Shown piece by piece: positions 19,787-24,384 of a stretch of 24,384 nt of DNA. The stretch comes from Octopus sinensis (Eukaryota): NCBI RefSeq assembly GCF_006345805.1, contig NW_021836460.1, positions 1 to 24,384 of the forward strand, given 5' to 3'. The notes under the pieces are model-generated. The model saw only the letters and a list, made by a program, of their open reading frames with translations. It was not told the origin of the DNA and ran no database searches. The number at the start of each line of letters is the position of its first letter. Position 1 is the first letter of the stretch. The position numbers were made by a program, and so were the translations under genes.

Positions 19787-20091
19787 GGAGGCACATGGCC
19801 TAGTGGTTAGAGCAGCGGACTCGCGATCGAGGGATCGAGCGGTTCGAATCTCAGACCGGGTGATGTGTGTGTTTATGAGCGAAACTCCTAAGCTCCACGC
19901 GGCTCCGGCAGAAGATAATGGCGAACCTCTGCTGACTCTTTCGCCACAACTTTCTCTCACTCTTTCCTCCTGCATCTTGCAGCTCACCTGCAACGCAACA
20001 GCGTCCCGTCCAGGTGGGGAACCTATACGCCAAGGAAACCGGGAAACCGGCCCTTATGAGCCAGGCATGGCTCGAGAAGGAAGGAACAAAC
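19787..20091 (+). mobile_element. tRNA-derived SINE, family C, well preserved and GC-rich
   Basis: A box TGGCCTAGTGG (19796-19806), B box GGTTCGAATCT (19841-19851), 3' stem-loop GAGCC(AGGCAT)GGCTC (20058-20073), short GGAA/CAAA tail. Confidence 0.85.
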
Positions 20092-22264
20092 ATGCACGTG
20101 TGTGTATGTGATGAAAAAACTGCGTTATTCTATTACTATACAATTTCCAGCTAAAATTCTAAATAGCCAATGAGTCAGCAGGAGAGATGCCGTCGCTGTT
20201 AAACCTAACTAAGCTTAAGAGATTAAAATTTGTTAGAAACGATGGAGGTGGTATTTATTCAATATAGTATATTTTGTGTCTTTACGTTACATGAACTTAC
20301 TGCAAGTAAGCCTTAATACACTGGTATTCGACTATAGAGAGTTTCTCGTTTAGATGTATAGGGTTAAAAAGCAGAAAAGTGTATCAACCGAAGACGAAAA
20401 GAATTACTAGATCCCTGGGTATCTGGGTAATCACAATATCTGCCAGTTATTTACGGTACTAGTAATTTGTTAATCCCCACTTCGGCATATCAACAGAATC
20501 GAAATTTGTCTAAACATGTCCTTGATAGTGGACCCTTGCTATTGATGATGTGCAAAGACAGAGAAATCCTGATCTAGCATTTTCGCCCCTACTACTGGAC
20601 ACGTTTTCGTCTGCTACCCGATGCACTTCTATGCTTTTTAGTCGTAAGACGGATAATTTTGTGGCTTTCTAAGACATATATCCGTTAAGTAAGATATACA
20701 GTTTTCTCTTTTGAACCTATACAGCATTCGTCGCTCATAACGAATATATATATATGAACACCTCTGTCTCGACTAAAAATTCGCTTCAAGCTCTTCATTG
20801 CACCTTTCTTTACTACCATAGTCGTGGAAGCCCTCTGAGCGGCCTTTTCGAAAACTATCAGTTACTGATATACTTCTGTGCTTTTTAACACTATTAGTCG
20901 GTAAGAAGACGAATATGGCAGTTTTGTGACTTTCAGTAATGTATTCACGTTAAGTAAGATATACAGAAGGCTATTAGAAGATTAGTTTCTGGTTTAGAAT
21001 AAATAGTTCTTTGGTTGTCTCAGTCTTCATGTATTTCCGATAATAGATCAGGCCCTCTATTATCGCCATCGATTTCCTCGTTATAGTTTAAAGTTTCCAA
21101 AATATCGCTAGATATTTCAACACTAATATCTATAGATATTGATCGGTAATTTTCAGATGTTATACGTTTGTAAATCTTTATATATTTTCTTTCTCAAAAA
21201 TCGGCTGAAAAAAAAAAGAGAAAAAAAATCTATTGGTAAATCTAATCAATAAATATAATACGCTGTGCGTCATGAATATATATTTAATACGCTATACGTA
21301 TATGTATATACACTTATTCCACTATTAATTATTCTACTTCAGATATTCTACTATTTCCTTTTTATATTCATCGTAATGAGAGGTATCATGTATTCAACTT
21401 CGGCCTAATTACTTGCTACACTGCATGTATGTATTTCTTGCTTTATGCAGAACGAACGAAAAAAAAAGCAGAAAATAATTAGCAATTACAAACTGAAAAT
21501 TTAGAAGTCCAAGGTGTATTGGCGCCTCCTCATGTATATACAAGAAATGCAGTTCTTCGGAACTTTTGCAGTGAATGTGAATAATAATGATTATTATACA
21601 CATCTGCAACTTTTGTATGGAGTATGTCAAATATGTTGTAAATGCAACACTTTTGCATAAAACTAAATCTGCAGTCGCTTCAAACTTTTAGAAGATGTAT
21701 GTAACCTATTTGTAAGATCACGTGTCTATTTCTGAATATATATATATATATAATATATATATATATATATGAAATTAAGTAGAGTATTATTGTAGAAAAT
21801 AACAATGTAGAATAACGAGTGAATCCTTGACATATCGTATATATTAAAAGTAATCAAACCTGTACAATATATGGGGAGTGATAAATATTTTTTTTTTCCC
21901 TGGTCTTTTGGCATTTTCATTTACATCCTCATACAATCATTAGCAACATTCATCGTATACATCTTTCAACAATAGCTCCGTCATTATTGCCGGCTCGTGT
22001 ACTCTAATATCTATAGATTTTGATCGATAATGTTCATATGTTATACTTTTGTAAGTTTATAGATTTTCTTTCTTAAAAATCGGTTTAAAAAAAACAAAAC
22101 CTATATTTCAAGATTTTCACAACATATCGATTATCGATAACATTTATTTTACATTTAGATCAGCTTAAATATGTTTGGGACATATTTGACCTGTACAAAG
22201 GCAGTATTCATTTCTAATTTACCGTGGAGAACTTTTTTTTCAGTTTAGTCAATAGGTATTTCAA

Positions 22265-22344
22265 GTCGCCTCTCTCGGCAAAACTGTAAATGCATTTCTA
22301 GCTCTCTGGCTATCATCAGCACTGTGTACCGCAAGAGAGGCAAC
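22265..22344 (-). ncRNA. Type I hammerhead motif, canonical core, extended stem I
   Basis: GUUGCCUCUCU-UG-CGG-UAC-ACAGUG-CUGAUGA-UAGC(CAGAGA)GCUA-GAAA-UGCA-U-U-UACAGU-UUUG-CCG-AGAGAGGCGAC; stem III palindrome AUGCAU. Confidence 0.78.
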
Positions 22345-22584
22345 CCTGAAATGATTTTGGAAGCATTCGTTACCTTATAGTAATTCACCTTCAAACCACG
22401 AGTTGATTATGTGCGACGCTGGTCCCTAGCTAAACAAAATATTGTAATGAACACGCGAAAGCAATGTTGCAGGAAAACAAAATTTAGATTAATCCAAATA
22501 TGTACAAAAAAAAAAGGCCGTATTCAAATATATTTGCTGTGGAAAACTCTTCTCGCTGAAAGCAAAGACCAATTCCTTAAACCA

Positions 22585-22752
22585 AACCAAGCAAGTTCCT
22601 TACGACAAGCTAAACCCAACTAAGTCTTAAAGACAAGTTAATCAAGCGAAGCCAGCCAGGTCCCTAAGGTACACTAAGTCTAGTCCCTAAGACAAGCCAG
22701 GTTCCAATAGTCAAGCCAATCCAAGTCCCAAAGATAAGACAAGCTACGCCAG
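22585..22752. repeat. Degenerate minisatellite built on an AAGTCCCTAAGACAAGCC-like core
   Basis: Recurrent AAGTC/GTCCCTAAG/GACAAGC/CAAGCCA segments. Confidence 0.6.
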
Positions 22753-22759
22753 AATCTTT

Positions 22760-22915
22760 AGTACACCGGGCAAAATGTTAAGCGGCATTTTTTCCGAGTT
22801 CGAATTTCACCCGCATTCATCTTTTGGGGATCGATAAAATAAAACATCAGTTGATCACGGAGTTCGGGGTAATCGACTTGGCCCTTTCCCTCAAAAATTG
22901 CTGGCCTTGAATCCT
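22760..22915 (+). mobile_element. SINE, family B-like head with a different tail, decayed
   Basis: CCGGGCAAAATG.TAAGCGGCATTT..GAGTTCGAATT..CATCTTTTGGGG.TCGATAAAATAA..CAGTTGA.CAC.G..GGGGTAATCGACTT. Confidence 0.7.
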
Positions 22916-23044
22916 ACTTCGGCCCCGCGTTCTGTTGTTTGGGTGGGGATATATTGTGACTCGGTCACTTATATGCACCAGTAGCTCTTCCCCAATAGCT
23001 CCAGATCGACGATTTGGTAGAGGGGAAACTATGTGGTAGTCTGT

Positions 23045-23080
<36 letters not shown>

Positions 23081-23462
23081 CTCTTTTACTTGTTTCAGTG
23101 CGGCCATGCTGGAGCACCGCCTTTAAGTCGAGCAAATCGACCCCAGGACTTATCTTTGTAAGCCTAGTACTTATTCTATCGGGCACTTTTGCCGAACCGT
23201 TAAGTTACGGGAACGTAAAAACACACCAGATCTATTCGATTGTCAAGCGATGTTGAGGGGGAGGGGAGAGAGGAGAAACCACACACACACATATATACGA
23301 CGTGCTTCTTTCAGTTTCCGTCTACCAAATCCACTCACAAGGATTTGGTCGGCCAAGGCTATAGTAGAAGACACTTGCCCACGCGGTGCCACGCAGGGAG
23401 ACTGAACCCGGAACCATGTGGTTGATAAGCAAGCTACTTATCACACAGCCACTCCTGCGCCT
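23081..23462 (-). mobile_element. Full-length SINE family A
   Basis: Minus strand GGCGCAGGAGTGGCTGTGTG head, GGTTCCGGGTTCAGTC B-box-like region, GACGGAAACTGAAAGAAGC, (TG)n spacer, tail GGCGGTGCTCCAGCATGGCCGC..GAAACAAGTAAAAGAG; flanked by (TA)n on both sides. Confidence 0.92.
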
Positions 23463-23464
23463 AT

Positions 23465-23533
<69 letters not shown>

Positions 23534-23564
23534 TTACATATATGTACATATGTGTATGTGTGGT

Positions 23565-23757
23565 GTGTGTACAACCCACTTAAAAAACGGGTGTGATTTG
23601 TTTACGTCCTCGTTACTTAGCCATGCAGCAGAAAAACCGATAGAAGTACCGAACTCAAAACAAAATAATCTCGGATCAATTTCTTCGATTGCATTCCTCC
23701 AGGGCAGTGCTCCAGTATGGCTGCAGACCTACGACTGAAACAAATAAAAGATAGAAC
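23565..23757 (+). mobile_element. SINE family A tail, decayed
   Basis: TTTGTTTACGTCCTCGT.ACTTAGC..CCGATAGAA..GTGCTCCAGTATGGCTGCAG..GACTGAAACAAATAAAAGA. Confidence 0.75.
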
Positions 23758-24384
23758 ATATATGTGTGTGTAAGTGCGTGAGTGTGTGTGTGTGTGGTTA
23801 TATATATATATATATATATATACATTTGGTTGTATTTATGTACATATAAATATTGTGTGAGGTCACTCTGAATGTTACTCGTATCGTATAACACGTACAA
23901 TTTATTGCATGTTCAGGCTGTCGGCAAATAATCTGGTAACCCTACTAACCTTCCTTAGTAAAGAGGCAGATTTTCGTTGGACAGCCTGCAGGGCGGAAAA
24001 ACAAATTTATAAAAGGACAGATGACTCAGTAGAGTCAACGAACATCCAACAATTGTAAATGAGAGGCCCTTTATTTAGACATCTCTTTAGGAAAAGAAAA
24101 TTCAGATATGACACATATATCATTGTGAAACCAGAGAGCTTACTCTTGTTTATTTCTAGACTATTTGGCTTTATAGATGAGAGTCTAAGCGGTGCTCTGC
24201 AAACTATTATTGACCTTAAATTTCGACACGAGCATTGCTGTCAGCCACTGTCTTTAACATCTAGGATAAGATGATTTATCATTGATGGGTATACTCGTCT
24301 ACAAGTTAACAACCATGATATATGCATATATCAGTATATTATGTGTACAGCTACTTTAGCAATCTAGTAACTTATATACAAATT

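Noticed and set aside
19787-19860. tRNA-like sequence with A and B boxes
   Set aside because: No proper acceptor stem and continues into a SINE body; SINE head, not a tRNA gene.
21485-21585. Short open frame QTENLEVQGVLAPPHVYTRNAVLRNFCSECE
   Set aside because: Weak acceptor, no homology recognised.
24160-24274. Possible terminal exon LFGFIDESLSGALQTIIDLKFRHEHCCQPLSLTSRIR after a TTTCTAG acceptor
   Set aside because: No partner exon, homology or clear polyA signal; cannot be distinguished from chance.

Overview
AT-rich, repeat-dense eukaryotic DNA with no confidently identifiable host gene. The SINE families and microsatellite landscape match what I recognise from octopod cephalopod (Octopus-like) genomes; this is an inference from recall, not a database search. 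The window holds many tRNA-derived SINEs, decayed LINE fragments (CR1-group ORF2 at ~9560-11110, a second CR1-type 3' remnant, two RTE-type 3' ends), a 5'-truncated Penelope-like element (PLE) with a degenerate GIY-YIG endonuclease (15534-16380, minus), and many microsatellites that explain most ORFs in the track. The main unannotated signal is a set of minimal type I hammerhead ribozyme (HHR) motifs from about six unrelated sequence families: 230-267(+), 8820-8909(+) with a decayed paralogue at 4980-5040(-), 14450-14487(-), 16812-16863(-), 17051-17096(-) with 17243-17288(+), and 22265-22344(-). In each family stem III is reduced to a palindrome or near-palindrome, mostly family-specific. One carries a compensatory G3:C8 core swap and sits at the apex of a 64-bp fold-back. 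A symmetric 44-bp hairpin (18356-18458) resembling a pre-miRNA or fold-back element is also notable.
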